This document shows, piece by piece, positions 1-14,300 of a stretch of DNA of 64,000 nt; positions within the stretch are counted from its first letter, which is position 1, and each line of letters starts with the position of its first letter. The DNA lies in assembly GCA_002245135.1 (NCBI GenBank), contig NGBS01000029.1, positions 1 to 64,000 on the forward strand. Direction: 5' to 3'. Below the pieces are notes generated by a model that was not told the DNA's origin, searched no databases, and was given only the letters and a program-made list of their open reading frames with translations. Source of the DNA: Proteromonas lacertae (lineage: Eukaryota). The position numbers and the translations under genes were made by a program.

Positions 1-1732
1 ATAACACACTCAATACTAAGCATTTCAATACACTTGGAATAGATATTATATTCACTAAACATCCAACTGAAACAAACAACAAATACTTTGGTTTTGATAA
101 ACTTCCTTCTAAATCTCCACATAACAAAACACTTAACAATAATCTAAAATACACTATAAAAATTATATAAATAATATATTATATATACATGGAGTATAAG
201 TAATATATAACTGTTTAGTCATTATAACTACATACAAATAAATCATCATCAACAAATAATGAATAAATTGAAATCTTACATATTTTATATATAATATCAA
301 TAAATATCCATACAGCAAATACAACTGTATAGAATAAGATTTTGTTATTATCAATAATAAGGATGGATATAATGAAGTTACTATAAATATTCCAATAATA
401 CTCAACTTTTCTGGTGTTAGAATAAAATCAAATGAAGTATTTGATAATCCTTTCAATATTGGTATAAACACCATAAATATTGAATAGAAAAACAATGAAA
501 TCAATGAAATAAGATGTATTCTACAACTATTCAAAAATGGAAATATTGAAATATTTCTTATTCTAGTAATTGTATCAACAACAAAGTTGTTTTTACTTGG
601 TAATAACAATGATGGTATTCTTGTCTTATTGATTTTCTTCATGTTATTTGTAGATGATGAATAAGTTGAAGATGATGATAATGGAGATGTCTTTGGTGAT
701 ATTTTATCACTCATACTTGGAGAAGTTGAATTAGTTTGATTCTTATTGTTATGCAATACCATTAAATGAGGTGATAATGATGACGTTGTTGCTGTTGTTG
801 TTGTTGATGATGATGATGATGTGTTTTGATTGGATAATATTGATGGTATTTCACTAATACTTCTTTTATTATTGTATTTGAGATTTGGTAATTTTGTTAC
901 TGATGATGAAGAATGAGAATGCTTTTTATTATTACTATCAGATTCTTTGATATTTTCTGATATTTCTTTTTCTGTTTCTTTACAAGTTGCAGTGTTTTCA
1001 TCTGTTGTTTTATTTTCATCAACTTCTTTATTCTCTATTACATTTTCTTCTTTATTATTCTCTTCTTTCTTAACAATTTCTTTATTTACTTCATCTTTTT
1101 CAACTTCATTATTATTCAGTTCATTCTCCTTTCTTTCTTCTTTCACTTCATTCTCATTATTAATTGATATATTTTCATTTTTACCACTATCATTATCATT
1201 AACACTATCTTTCAAAAGATTAGGCAGTTTAAAACTATCACTCTTATTCAATTCATTATCATCACCAACACCATCAACATTAATAATTGGAATATCATTA
1301 GCGGAAATATTATATTCACTATATAGATTATTATTACTTTGTGGATAAAATTCTACACCTCTGTTTACCAGTGGTTTACTAATACCTGGAGGTGGAGATG
1401 TTACTGTATCAATATTATTATTACCATACATCTTTGAAGGTGATATAATAGTTGGTGATGGAGTAATTATTGGATTAATATTGATAGAAGGTTGTTGTTG
1501 TTGTTGTTGAGGTATATAATCTTGTATATTTTGAGTATGAATTATTTCATTAAATGAATGATAGTATTGAGTTGGCCTAGCATCATAATATGGTGAAGTT
1601 GACATTGGAATTGGCTGAGGTTGTTGCTGTTGTTGTTGTTGTTGTTGCGATAATGGAGGTGGTGGTGGTGATTGGCTATCTTGAAGGGGATTTCCATATT
1701 TATATATGTTATCATTATATATAATTGGTTGC

Positions 1733-1766
<34 letters not shown>

Positions 1767-2211
1767 GATTATATTCATATTCATTGTATATTGTTTGAGG
1801 ATATGTTGATGTTTGAAGGGGAATTCTATTGAATTCATCATCATATGGTGATAGATATGTGTTACCATATCTACTGTATTGATTTCCATATGCCCATTGA
1901 CGATTTTCATTCAATTCAGAAACATTGTTGAATAATTGGTATTGATTGTTCATATCACCTCCAAAATAATCATATCCTCCCATTCCCATGTCTATATATA
2001 AAAATATAATAATGAAATACTCTGTGGTTCTGGTAAGACAAATTGAGGAGCTGGCTCTTCAAAAAAGTCTGGAGATGATCTTAATAAAAAATTTGGACTA
2101 TTTGAATTAACTAAAAATTAAATACTCAACAGAAGCTCCTTCATTTAATTCAGCTAAAGAAGCAATTTCAAAATTATCTGAATCAAACAGTTCTTCTTTT
2201 TTCTTCAGCAT
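1..2211 (-). CDS. Hypothetical membrane protein with Q/N/S-rich N-terminus and C-terminal hydrophobic helices; 3' end runs off the window
   Basis: ATG at 2211. GT-AG introns 2098-2125, 1992-2020 and 154-188 join the exons in frame with ORF 163-1989, and the frame stays open to position 1. Confidence 0.7.
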
Positions 2212-2612
2212 ACTATAATGAAATTATAACCAAATTCCTCTAAATAAAGAAATAGAAGAAATATTAAAAAAATGAATTTGTAATGTAAATTACATAATAA
2301 ATACATAGTTTACGTAATATTCTCTTTATTCTCATTAAATTAACTAAAATGCTGAAGAAGATGTATATAATTGTTAAAGGAATGAATAGTAATAGTTATA
2401 AATCAGAAAATTTTATAAATTTAACATTTCAATTTACTTTTGTTAGTTAATTGCATGTTACATTATCAATAATGAATATTATTCATATATTTTTGATAAA
2501 TATGTTGATTTAATTATGTTTATAAACGTCTATAAAAACGGATATATTTTAGAAATTTATGTCATCAAGCTATAATCAAGCTTATTTCATTAAATTTTGA
2601 TATTTACATATT

Positions 2613-5600
2613 ATGTCATCTGAGGATATTAGTTACTCACTTCCTGATATAGATGAAGTAATAGATTTTTTAGGTAAAGGTGGATATGGTAAAGTGCATT
2701 TGGTAATGCATGAAGACGAGATTCTTGCTAGAAAAGAAGTTAAATATGACAGAAGAAATGAATTGAATGTTGAATCTTCAATACATGAAATAGAATTATT
2801 GAAAGAGTTAAAACACAGAAATGTAGTTGAATTAGTTGATTCATTTATTGATACAGATAAGAATGTGGTTTATATATATACAAGATATTACGAAAATGGT
2901 GATTTGTGGAGATTAATTGATGAAAAAAGAAAAAAGAAATTAGATTTCTCAATTAGTGTATATTACTATTTCCTTTAATTATTAATAGGAAATAGTGAAT
3001 TATATGAAAGATTTAATAAGTGGATTAAAATATGTTCATAGTAAGAATATTCTTCATAGAGATTTAAATCCAACTAATATATTAGTTGGAGATGAAAATG
3101 AATTAGTAATAAGTGGTTTTGGATTAGCATTAGAGAATAGAATAGTTGATGTTTACTTGACTGGAACTCCAAATTATATTGCTCCTGAATTATGTTTTAC
3201 AAAACCTCCTTCATATTCAACATCCAGTGATATATTTTCCTTAGGATGTATTTTATATGAATTATACGCATTAAGAATGGCATTTGATGGAAAAGATGAT
3301 AGAGAAGTAATATGGCACATAATTCATTCAAATTATTTAAACTTCGAAAGAATGAATGGCGAAAGGATAGCTTTAATTGAAGAATTGATTAGTAAGATGT
3401 TAGAAAAAGATGTAAATAAAAGAATAGAACTATATGAAATAGAAGAAAGAATTGCCCAATTGTCACTATCTTATGAACAATCTATTCAACAGTTACAACA
3501 TTCTTCATCATACTCATCGTTCTCATCTATATCATCATATTATGATGGATGTAGATATTGTTCATTGACTGTTGATTTGTATTTAAATGATGGTTATATT
3601 GCAGAAAAATCATTGAGAGAAATAAGTGAAATGAATGAAGAAGAGTTTAATTCATTTTGGAATGATGATTATATTCCAGTATATATGAAATATCTCATTT
3701 ATAATAGATTTTATTTCCCTCAATCAATCAAGATAATCCACCTTTTTCATATAATGATTCAATAATATTGACATCTAACAGATACAAATTTTTACCATAT
3801 TTAACCAAACTATTCAATTTATTAAAAAGAATAAAAGAAAGAAAGAAAGAACAATTATTAATATATGAATTATATAAGTTGATTAATAAGAATAATAATG
3901 ATGAATTAGCGGTTACGTGTTTTTTAAATGATGTTTTATTTTCAGGAATTCCATTTGATACAGAAGTATTTTTACCATTTTAATTATTTTAATAGATAAA
4001 AAAAAAGTAAAAAAGAGTGATTATGAAGTAGATATGATAGTAAAACATAAGAATAATGTTAAGATGTTGAAAGTCTTAAATATAGATGGGATAAAAGAGA
4101 GAATAGTATTAAAATTGTTAGAGAATAAGTGTTTGTTGTTAGTTTGTTGTTCCTCCTTTATTTGTCGATATAGAGTGTATGATATGAATGATTATGGTGA
4201 ATATATGATATATTGCAGAGAATATTACAGTAGAGACTTGAAAGAGATAGTTTCTAAAAATTGTTTATGTGTGAATGAAATATGTGATATAATAAGTTCA
4301 ATATGTGATGATGTAATGGTATTGAATGAAAATGAGATTGTAGTAGGTAATTTGAAGAGTAGTAATGTGATATATGAAGAAAATGGTGAAATGAAGTTAT
4401 GTGATTTATTCTTGAATGAAATAAGAAAAGAAGAAGATATGAGATTGTATGATATAAACTTCAAAAGCCCAGAAGAGTTGAATGGCTTAGAATATGATGA
4501 AGGAAGTGTGATTTGGTCAATTGGGTGTATATTATATGAGATGATGTTTAAGAAATTACCATTTTCAGAAGATAATAATATTTTTAAAACCAAAGAGAAT
4601 ATTGTGAGATGTAAATACAATTTAGATATAGAATGTGATGAAATGATGAAAGAGATGATATTCAGAATGTTGAAAGTGAAGAATGAAGATAGAATGAGTT
4701 TGAAAGAGTTGAAGAAAGAAATGATAAAAATGAGTGAAATATTGATAGATGAAGGTGATAATATGATGATATGTGAAGAAAGAAAAGAATTATTATTCAA
4801 TAATGATTATGATGCTATTTTATCTTTTGATTCTCCAGAGATTTATTACCTTAGTAATAATCATGGTAGTATAACTTATATAATATATTATTGTTACATT
4901 TGAATAGAAGTTAGAGATTTATTTATAAAGTTATACAATAATAAGCCAAATGAAAGGATTTTAGCTTTATTATTGAAAATGAAATTATACAAAGAAGATA
5001 ATTCAATAAAAAACAGACTGAAATTTCAACTTCATCATAAATGCAAAGAAGAGTGTTATTTAGATGAAAGGATATTTAATATAGAATATAGATGTTTTAA
5101 AGAAAAAATTGAATTACATTCACATAATATTTGTATTTGTAAAGAAGGAATGAATTATTTCTTCAAAATATTGAAACTAGTCAATCCAACAAAACTCCGG
5201 TTTAGTATAATTCTAATCATTTTTATTTGTATAGATTTTATAAATATTCCAATCCAACATCAATTATTATTTGGATTTCATATTTCTCAGTTAGCAAATC
5301 TGCAGGAATTAGATTTATTTGAATGTAATCTTACTTCCTATTTCATTGAATCATTTGTTAAATCAATTTTATTGATGAAATTGAAACATTTAGATCTTCG
5401 ATGTATATATTTTTATTATATTTTTATATAATAGATAATCCAATTGGTCCAAAAGGATTTAAATTGTTACTTCCATATTTGAATTTATTAATCAACAAAG
5501 ACAATGAATTAAATCTTAGAGGAATGAAATTAAATGATGAATGTATGACGTTATTATCATCAGAATTATATAAATATCCAAATCTTAATAAAATAGATAT

Positions 5601-7247
5601 TAGAGAGAACAAAAACATTCATTCAATAGAATTAAAAGCCTTATTCTCCAAATTTCCAATTTCAAAAATTGAATTTGATTTTAATGGATATAAAGAATTA
5701 CTGATTGATAAAGACATTCCTGAATTAGTCAAATATATAAGCCAATACAATGAATTGGATATTAGTTGTTCAGAAATAGATGATGATATTTTCAAAAGAT
5801 TCATTTCATTAAGATTAAATGAATTGAAAGAAATAGAAAAGTTAAATTTGAGTTGTATAATTTGATATTTTTATTATTATATAGATAATAAACTAACATA
5901 TAAAAGTATAGAAATATTGATTGACAATTTGTCTTCATTTTCAAATCTTAAATATCTTGAATTAAATGGAAATGAGATAAGAGATGAAGGAATGAAAATA
6001 TTATCTCCACATTTACATTTATTAAATAAATTACATGATATTAATTGTTCAAGTATAAATACTATCTTTTAATATTCAATAGAAATGGGATTATCTTCAA
6101 TTGGATTGAAGTATTTATTAGATGGTTTAAAGATTATTCATCAAAAGATCAGATTGGATATTAGTAATAATAATATAGATTCATCAGGAATAGAAATCTT
6201 GATGAATTATATGAAAGAGAATGATATTATTAAAAGATTGGATATTCAAAGTATATTTATTGTAGTTTTTAATTTGTTTAATAGATAATCCAATTGGTAA
6301 TGCTGGATTTAAGCTATTAATAAACAATTTAGACATGTTATTAGAAAATTATTTAAAGAAAATTGATTTAACCAACATCTCAATAGATGATGAAAGTGTG
6401 ATATTATTAGCTGATAAGATAGATTCAATTTCTAATTGCAACACAATAAACTTAAATGGAAATAATATCAGAATGAATGGATTAAAATCAATTTGTTCCA
6501 AAACATTAGAAAAAGAAGAATATCCATTTATTCAAATGAAATGTTCATCATGGAGAAAAGAAGAATTTGAATATTATTTGGATTATTGTATTAAAAAGAA
6601 AAGAAAATACAATAAAAACTATTATTTTTCCAGTATATTATCTGTGTTTATAATGAAATAGATTTAAATCTGAATGATTCTCATATTTCATTAATAAAAC
6701 AGATTGATTATGAAATACTTGATTTATCCAATAACAAGATTAGTTGTAATGGATTGAAAGAATTAACAGATTCTTTACCAGAAAATGTTGAATATATCTC
6801 AATAAATAATAATGAAATTGGAGATGAAGGAATAGAGATAATATGTAAATATTTAGATAAATTTGTTGAAAGAGATGATAGTTTTAATCCTTTGTCATTA
6901 AATCTATCAAGTATTTATATGAACATTATATTATTTTATATTGAATAGATACAGGAATGACTGAAAAGGGGTTGAAAATGTTAATAGAAAGATTAAAAGA
7001 TAATATACCATTGACAAATATAAATTTATCAGGAAATGAATTAAATAAAACTGAGTTGAGATTAATAAAAGAAAATAAAGAAATCTTCTTTAGAATGAAT
7101 CAACTATCAATCACATTAAAAGAGAATACAGACAAATCAGAATTAAAATCATTTTTAGAAACATTTACATTCATAGAAGTAATAAAATTAGATGGGATAG
7201 AAGAAGAAAAGGAAGACATTTTAAAACAACTCTACAATATTGAGTAA
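2613..7247 (+). CDS. Multi-exon kinase - OGFr-like module - pseudokinase - RNI-like LRR protein; one-base frameshift in an A tract at 3998-4006
   Basis: GKGGYGKV, HRDLNPTN, GTPNYIAPE, SDIFSLG; second degenerate kinase (GNLKSSN, CDLF, IWSIGC); many LxxLxLxxNxIxxxG repeats. Introns include 2958-2988, 3679-3707 and 3966-3995. Confidence 0.8.
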
Positions 7248-7420
7248 CTTTACTATTCTGTTTATAATAATTGAACTTGGGTGAATCAAAAATTTTCTTA
7301 AACCATTTTCTAATATTTCAAGCCAGAAAGCTTGAGTTATTTTCAATATTCTAAGGTAATTTTACATATTGCAGTGAAGAAAGTAATGAAACAAAAAATC
7401 CTAAGGTAATTAACAGCTAT

Positions 7421-8856
7421 GTGTATATAGACAATAAAAGTGGAAGTAGAAATGCTTTTAGAGTAATTGTTTATGACAATAAAAAAGAATTCAATGCAGA
7501 ATCCATTAAAATGGAAATGGAACAAATAAAACAGCTAAATAACCGTAATTTAGTGAAAATAGTTAAGTACTCTATTGATGAGCAGAAGAATCAAGTAAAA
7601 TTGCCCTTAGAAAATTGCCAGAAAGGTAATATAAAAGAATTATTGGAAAGACAGAAAAAGTTAGGTGAATTTTTCTCTATCTTAGTATATAATGTTTTTA
7701 TAAACAAATAATAGGAAATAATCAAGTACATGAAAGATATACTAAATGGATTGAAGTATATATACGGAAATGGAATAGTTCTCTATGGACTAAAACCAGA
7801 GAATATTGTGATTGGAGATGAAGGTGAATTGAAAATATGTAATTATGGATTAAAAGCTGAATATGAAATGAATGAAGTTTATCTAACAGAGAACTGTAAT
7901 TATCTATCTCCAGAATTGTTGTCAGAGAAAATAAACAAATTTACAGAAAAGAGTGCAGTATTTTCATTAGGTTGTATTCTCTATCACATGTACACATTAA
8001 AGACAGCATTTGATGGAGAATATGAAGAAGTAAAAGAAAGGATAATTGAAGGATGTAAATTAGAATTTGACACACTGAAAGATGAAGTAAATTCAAGGTT
8101 AAAATGGTTAATAGAAAGAATGATAGAAATAGATGAAACTAAGAGAATAGGTATTAAGGAAATAGAAGTAGTGTTAAACAGATTAAAAGAAGAAGAAGAG
8201 TATTACAGTGAATTAGAAATTGGTGAAAAATATCCTTCTCTTCCTGTTGATGTGTTATTAAATGGTGGTTATTTAGGCCATAAAACATTAAGAGAAATAA
8301 GTGAAATGAAAAAAGGGTTTTATAGATATTGGATACCTGAATATTATGCAGTATATATAATATAATAGCAATATACTAATTGGAATAGGTATTATTTCCT
8401 AAAGTTGGCCAAATAAATCCACCATATACAGTTGAAGATGCTAAAATATTAGAGCCACACAGAGAAGAAATTCAACCATATTTAGACAGAATAGAAAGAA
8501 AAATAGAAAATTTACCTTCATCTTTTGCTGTTAATTTCTACTTAGAAGGTAGTTGTGTTGGGGAAAAAACACTCATAGAAATGAGCAGAATGAAATTATC
8601 AGAATTTAAAGGTTTTTGGAGTAATGATTATTTACATGTATATGAAATATTTTTATTCTATTATAAATAGCTTTTGTTTCCTACAATCGGACAAGATAAC
8701 CCACCATATACAGCTGAAGATGCTAAAAGAATTGGATCTGAGTATAATGAAAGAATTAAAAAGTATATGAAGATAGTAGGTAGGTTGGTTATTAAAGCTA
8801 ACAATTATGATAGAAATGTAAGATCGTTAATCGTTAATTTTTTATATAACTTATAA
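7421..8856 (+). CDS. Pseudokinase with two tandem OGFr-like modules; start uncertain, possibly 5' truncated
   Basis: Paralog of the first kinase of 2613-7247 with LYGLKPEN (no HRD) and CNYG (no DFG). Introns near 7685-7714, 8351-8388 and 8638-8670 give a continuous frame. No ATG until about 7511. Confidence 0.7.
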
Positions 8857-9774
8857 ATTTTGACAATTATTACTTGATATACTCTATTATTCTTTTATTT
8901 GTTAATAATCATGTAAATATTTATCAAACTATACGTATTTCCTTTGTTTCTGTTTATAATAAACACTTTCTATATTGTTTTTATCAAATTATTCATAATA
9001 CATTATCAAACCATCATCAAGCCTATATCATTTTCATTTGACTTTAAAATGTCAATGAAAGAGATTAGTGACTGAATTTATGAATGTAATGAAGTAATTA
9101 AGTATACAGATGAAGAATATATTTATAAAGTGTGTTTAGTAAGACAATTAGTTGAAAGAGTGTAAAGAATAGAAATAAATCATTGTAGAAATTGTTGATT
9201 GTTTAGTTAATAGAATTGAGTGGTTTTATAGAATAGATAAAGAATGGGAAAGAACATTTATAGATTAGTTAAAATATATATGTATTACAGGAGTTAATGA
9301 ATTATATGAGTGAAATAGTAAATGAATTGAATATATAGTCAGAGAGATTTAAATCTTCCAGAAAGATTAACAGAAAAAGTCAATAGAATAATGAAATGAG
9401 TGATATAGATTTTATAGATTGTATATTATTTAAATCCTAAATCATAATTTCCAGAATCATCTCCAGCAGCAACTGAAGCAAGTAAAGTATCAACAGAAAG
9501 TGCTTGGGCAGTAGGTAATGTAGAAGGAGTTGAATTAGAAATAGATGAAAATACAAATGAGGCTGAAGTATCTAATAATACGATGAAGAAAACAAACAAA
9601 TTTGCTTTAAAAAAGAAACATCCATTAAATATCTAATATTTCCCTTTAATTTACTTATTAAAGTTGTATTTCAAGTGTTAATAAACATGAATATAATAAA
9701 CAAATATTGTGTAAGAATGATTTCTGTGTATGTAAATAAAAAATTCCATAAATGAAACGACTCAATATTTTGAA

Positions 9775-10098
9775 ATGTTGCATTTGATAGATAAAGTGTT
9801 ATATGCTAAATTAGCATGTGATATGAAAGTATTATAATTAATTTATTTTTATTAGGAGAAAGAGAGAATAGAAAGAAGTGTTAATGAGTTAGATTTAGTT
9901 GTAGAATATGAAACTGATATTCAAAAGTTGAAAGTGTTTAATGTATGTGAAATGAAAGAGAAACGAATATTAAAATTGTTAGAAAATAAGTGTTTGTTGT
10001 TAGTTTGTTGTTCCTCCTTCATTTATCGATATAGAGTGTATGATATGAATGATTATGGTGAATATATTATAATAGTTATAAATCAAAAACTAAAATAA
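9775..10098 (+). pseudogene. Truncated 5' fragment of the pseudokinase-LRR family
   Basis: Encodes LKLLENKCLLLVCCSSFIYRYRVYDMNDYGEY, nearly identical to about 4110-4205, with an intron at the homologous position, then stops. Confidence 0.75.
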
Positions 10099-10663
10099 TG
10101 GTAAAATTGTAGTTATAGAACAAGTTCCGAGTTAAATTGGTCAATACCACCTGCAAGACGTAATTTAGAAATAGAACGTAGTTATTGTGAAAATTAATTA
10201 CCAAATTTCATCATCAAAATATTCTTTACTATTCTCTACATCAGATTCATTCATAACCTTATGATTATCAAAATAATACCATTTCCATCATCATTATAGA
10301 TTTGGATGCAGAATATGATGAAAAGAATCAAAAGAGATGGGAGTTATTTACCCAAATGAAGAAAGAAAGAGTAGCAATTTATATTAATTGTTTATCAAAT
10401 GTGTTTTTATGTGTAATATTATGAAAATAACAATTCAATACACTTGTTTATTAGAAAACAGAAGTTACTGAAAGTGGTGATTTTCATCATAAGAACATTT
10501 TTGTAGTGTATAATAATAATAAAATTCATTCGAACTCATAGAGATAATAAAGTCAACAATATTAATATATGAATTAATACATATGAAGTAGAAAGTAGTT
10601 GAATCAATGTGAATAAATATTATAATTAACAGAAATCACATTATTGATTGAATCTAACCTTTT

Positions 10664-11059
10664 TTATAGTAAATCTATACAATTTAATTTTCGATTGAGT
10701 TTGATTCTATTTGTTTGTGTTATTTTATTGTTTCTATACCTACTCAACATCATTACTATAAAATATATTATACTATCAAGTCTTTTAAGAATTTCTAAAG
10801 TATTATATAATCCATCATATGTTTCTTCCCATAATCGTTCAATTACCATATCAGGAAAGCTATCTTCATCATTTTTTTCATTTCCTGAAAAAATAAATTC
10901 CCTTGTTGCTATTTTTGATAAATATTTTTGTATATATCCCAAACTACATATATCTTTCTTTTGATCTAGATTATTTTCTTCCTTTTCTTTATCATTATCA
11001 TCATGTAATAAGTATTGACAATAATCTGATAAATAGAAGTGATTATTATTATAAATCAC
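10664..11059 (-). pseudogene. Degenerate kinase-like fragment
   Basis: FYLSDY and KDICSLG resemble kinase subdomains VII and IX; no complete domain. Confidence 0.35.
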
Positions 11060-11347
11060 ATTCTTTTTACTTATATTTCCATGAATCAGATTGTTTTAAT
11101 GTAAAAGATATACTGAATAACAAATATCATAATATGCATTATATCTTATACTTCCTTTTCCTCCTTTATACTCCTTATATTTTAATTATAAAATAGAAAT
11201 ATTACAAAATATATATTATGATTCATCTTCTCAATATGAAAAGAATGGATGATTTGAATGAGATAGTTTTTTATTATTACTGATTTTGTGTTATATTTTA
11301 ATAATAATAACAGAAAAATATTTAATTCATTAAATAACATCTATTCT

Positions 11348-14300
11348 TTAAACATGTTTTATCCAAACATCAAAATCTTCTTCATATTCTACTCCAAATA
11401 TACTATCACTGATTATTCGACATTTAAATCTCTTTGACATTAATTTACCAACTATTGAAGGACATTCAAATTTCACTGTTGTAGTTACATGTTTATAACT
11501 GCTTAATCTTTTTATACATAATACTTTCTCATCACATAATAACATTATCCACCAACTATATGGTTTTAATTTCTTATATTTTAAAGTTTTTAATCTATCA
11601 GGTAATGGTTTAACAAAATCCATTGTTATTATCAAATTATAATCTTTACTGCTTTCTAACAAGATGCAATCATCATCTTCATTAATTTCAGGTTTTTCAC
11701 CTATCAAACTCATCACCATTATATCAACTTTCAAATTGGGTATTATTTCAATACTTTTATAAATTTGTTCTATTTTATTACGAGGAAGTGTATGTTTAGT
11801 TATTTGTGTAAATTCATCTAATGATAATTTCAATAAATCACTCCAATTATTAATTCCATTTTCTTGTAAACTATGAATTGTCATGTTGTTCATTCCATTT
11901 ATTTGAGAAAATATATGAATGTTATCCATACAACCTTGTACTATCATTCTACTAATTGTTATTAACACTTCAATATGATTTGTCCAATTATTTTCTACTG
12001 CAACATCAATCATTGCCATTACCATTCTCATTGATTGATCTAATATTGATACTTGATCAGTATTATAATCCATAACTGGGAATTTTAATCCAACAAAATG
12101 AGCTTGAAATAATAAATAGGCTTTTACATTTCCTGAATCAAAATTCTCATTTGGATATATTGACCAAGGTAATAACTTTGATATTTCTTCATTTACGATA
12201 TTTTCATTGTGTCTAACAGGAGTATCAGTATATTCAATAGATTGTGAGAGTAAATGAATATGATCTTGTATAGTATTACAATAAGGTAACATTGTTTGAT
12301 ATAAACATAATGTTTGATGTTTTAAATAATATTGACATGCTATTTCACCTAATGCAGTTGGCTCGATTTCTCCAATTCCGTTCATTATTATACACTTACT
12401 AGTTTGTAGTTCATCTAAAGTATGTGTTATTAAATCACTTAGACATTTTTGAATATCATTGATTTCTGTTCCATTTGAACCATAATAGATTGGATTTTGA
12501 ATTAATCGACGATAGAAGAATGTCCAAGTTAAATAGTTATAAATATCTTTTACACTCTTTATTGTTCTATTGGCTATTTCTGCATTCATAAAATCTGATA
12601 GTTGCTTGTGTAATGAAGATTCGACAGGAAATGGTTCATATAAGAATTTATAGTAAAATGTTTTCTTTGGTTCATATACAAATACACAAGCAACTCCTTT
12701 ACTGTCAAATTGAGGTCTTCCAGCTCTTCCCATCATTTGTAACACATCAGTCAACGGCATGTCAATATAACCACAAGTTTTATTATCATGATACTCTGTT
12801 CCTTTTATTATTACTAAATGCGCTGGTAAATTTATACCCCAAGCTAAAGTTGATGTTGTACAGACAATTTGAATTCTTTCTTCTCTGAATAATTTCTCTA
12901 CAATACCTCTATCTGTATTTCCTAAACCAGCATGATGAACTCCAATACCAAATGACAGTGTTTGTTTCAATGTTTCATCTTGTATTTGACTATTGTAATA
13001 TTCTAATTCATCTTGTTCTAATCTCTTAAATGGATATGGATTATCTTGTGTTGCTAATGAAATAATACCAAAAGCTGTCAAACGTGTTTGTCTTCGAGAA
13101 GCAACAAATATGATGGTTGGTTTATGTGGTGAATAGGTTTTAATTGCCATATATGCTGGCTTATTCATAGTTGCCATTCTAGGACAATAATGTTGGTTTG
13201 GATAACCAGATATATGAACATCGATAGGAACTGGTCTAACAGAAGGTCTGAAATTATATAATCCAGTCTTAGGAATACCTAACCACTCTGCAAGATCTTT
13301 CGCATTCGCTACAGCAGTAGATAAACCGACAAATCTAATTGGTGTTTTTTGAGTAGATGATATATTCCTCATTCTTGATACAATTGATTCTATGATTGGA
13401 CCTCTATCTTGTCCTAAGAAATGTATTTCATCAATGATAACTAAATTCACTTTTTGAACGTATTTCTTCTTTGACCACAATCTAGAGACAGCATCCCACT
13501 TTTCAGGTGTTGTAACAATCACATCTGATTTTTCTATTATATTTAAATCAGGGGTAATATCACCAGTCAATTCCACTACTTTTTTATGTAAATTACTTTT
13601 TTCTCCTAATTTTATTTTCCAATCTTCAACTCTTTCTCTAATTAATGCTTTTAATGGACCGATATAAACAGCCTTACTTTTTGGATACTTTGAGAATAAA
13701 CGGAATAGACATAATTCAGCTATTAGTGTCTTACCTGAACCAGTGGGTGCTCCTACTAACACACTATTGTCTGTTTGATAACATGTATAAAATACTTGTG
13801 TTTGAACAGGATTAAAGTGTGTAAAATTATAAATTGATTCATAATCTTTATTATGTAATGCTGTTACAGGTAATGGGAATAAATCTAATAAATTAGTTTG
13901 AATAGACTCAATATTAGGTACTACTATTTTCCCAACATTTAATGGTTCAATCTGTTCTATACCTATCCAAGAATCACTTACTATTTGGACATAATATTGT
14001 GTACTTCTATTATCAGGAATTGGGATATAAAATGATATTTCTGATTCTAAATCTTTAGAATAATTCACTTTTCTCAATACGATTTGTTCATAATGGTGAA
14101 TTAAATCATTATCTCGATCAAATACGAAAAACCAAAATATTACAGCACCACCATGTAAATGATCATTCCATGTGAATAATGGTTTATACTTAATCTGTAT
14201 TTGTAACACTGTTGTTGTGATAGGCTTGATACTGGTTTGAATTTCTAAATAAGGTAATTGATCTAAATAGTGTTTGATTTTATTTCCACTATCTTTTACA

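Noticed and set aside
947..1348. Hydrophobic S/F/L-rich antisense ORFs (also 4225-4800, 19715-20089, 51030-51736, 58862-59257)
   Set aside because: Reverse complements of E/K/N-rich exons of supported genes.
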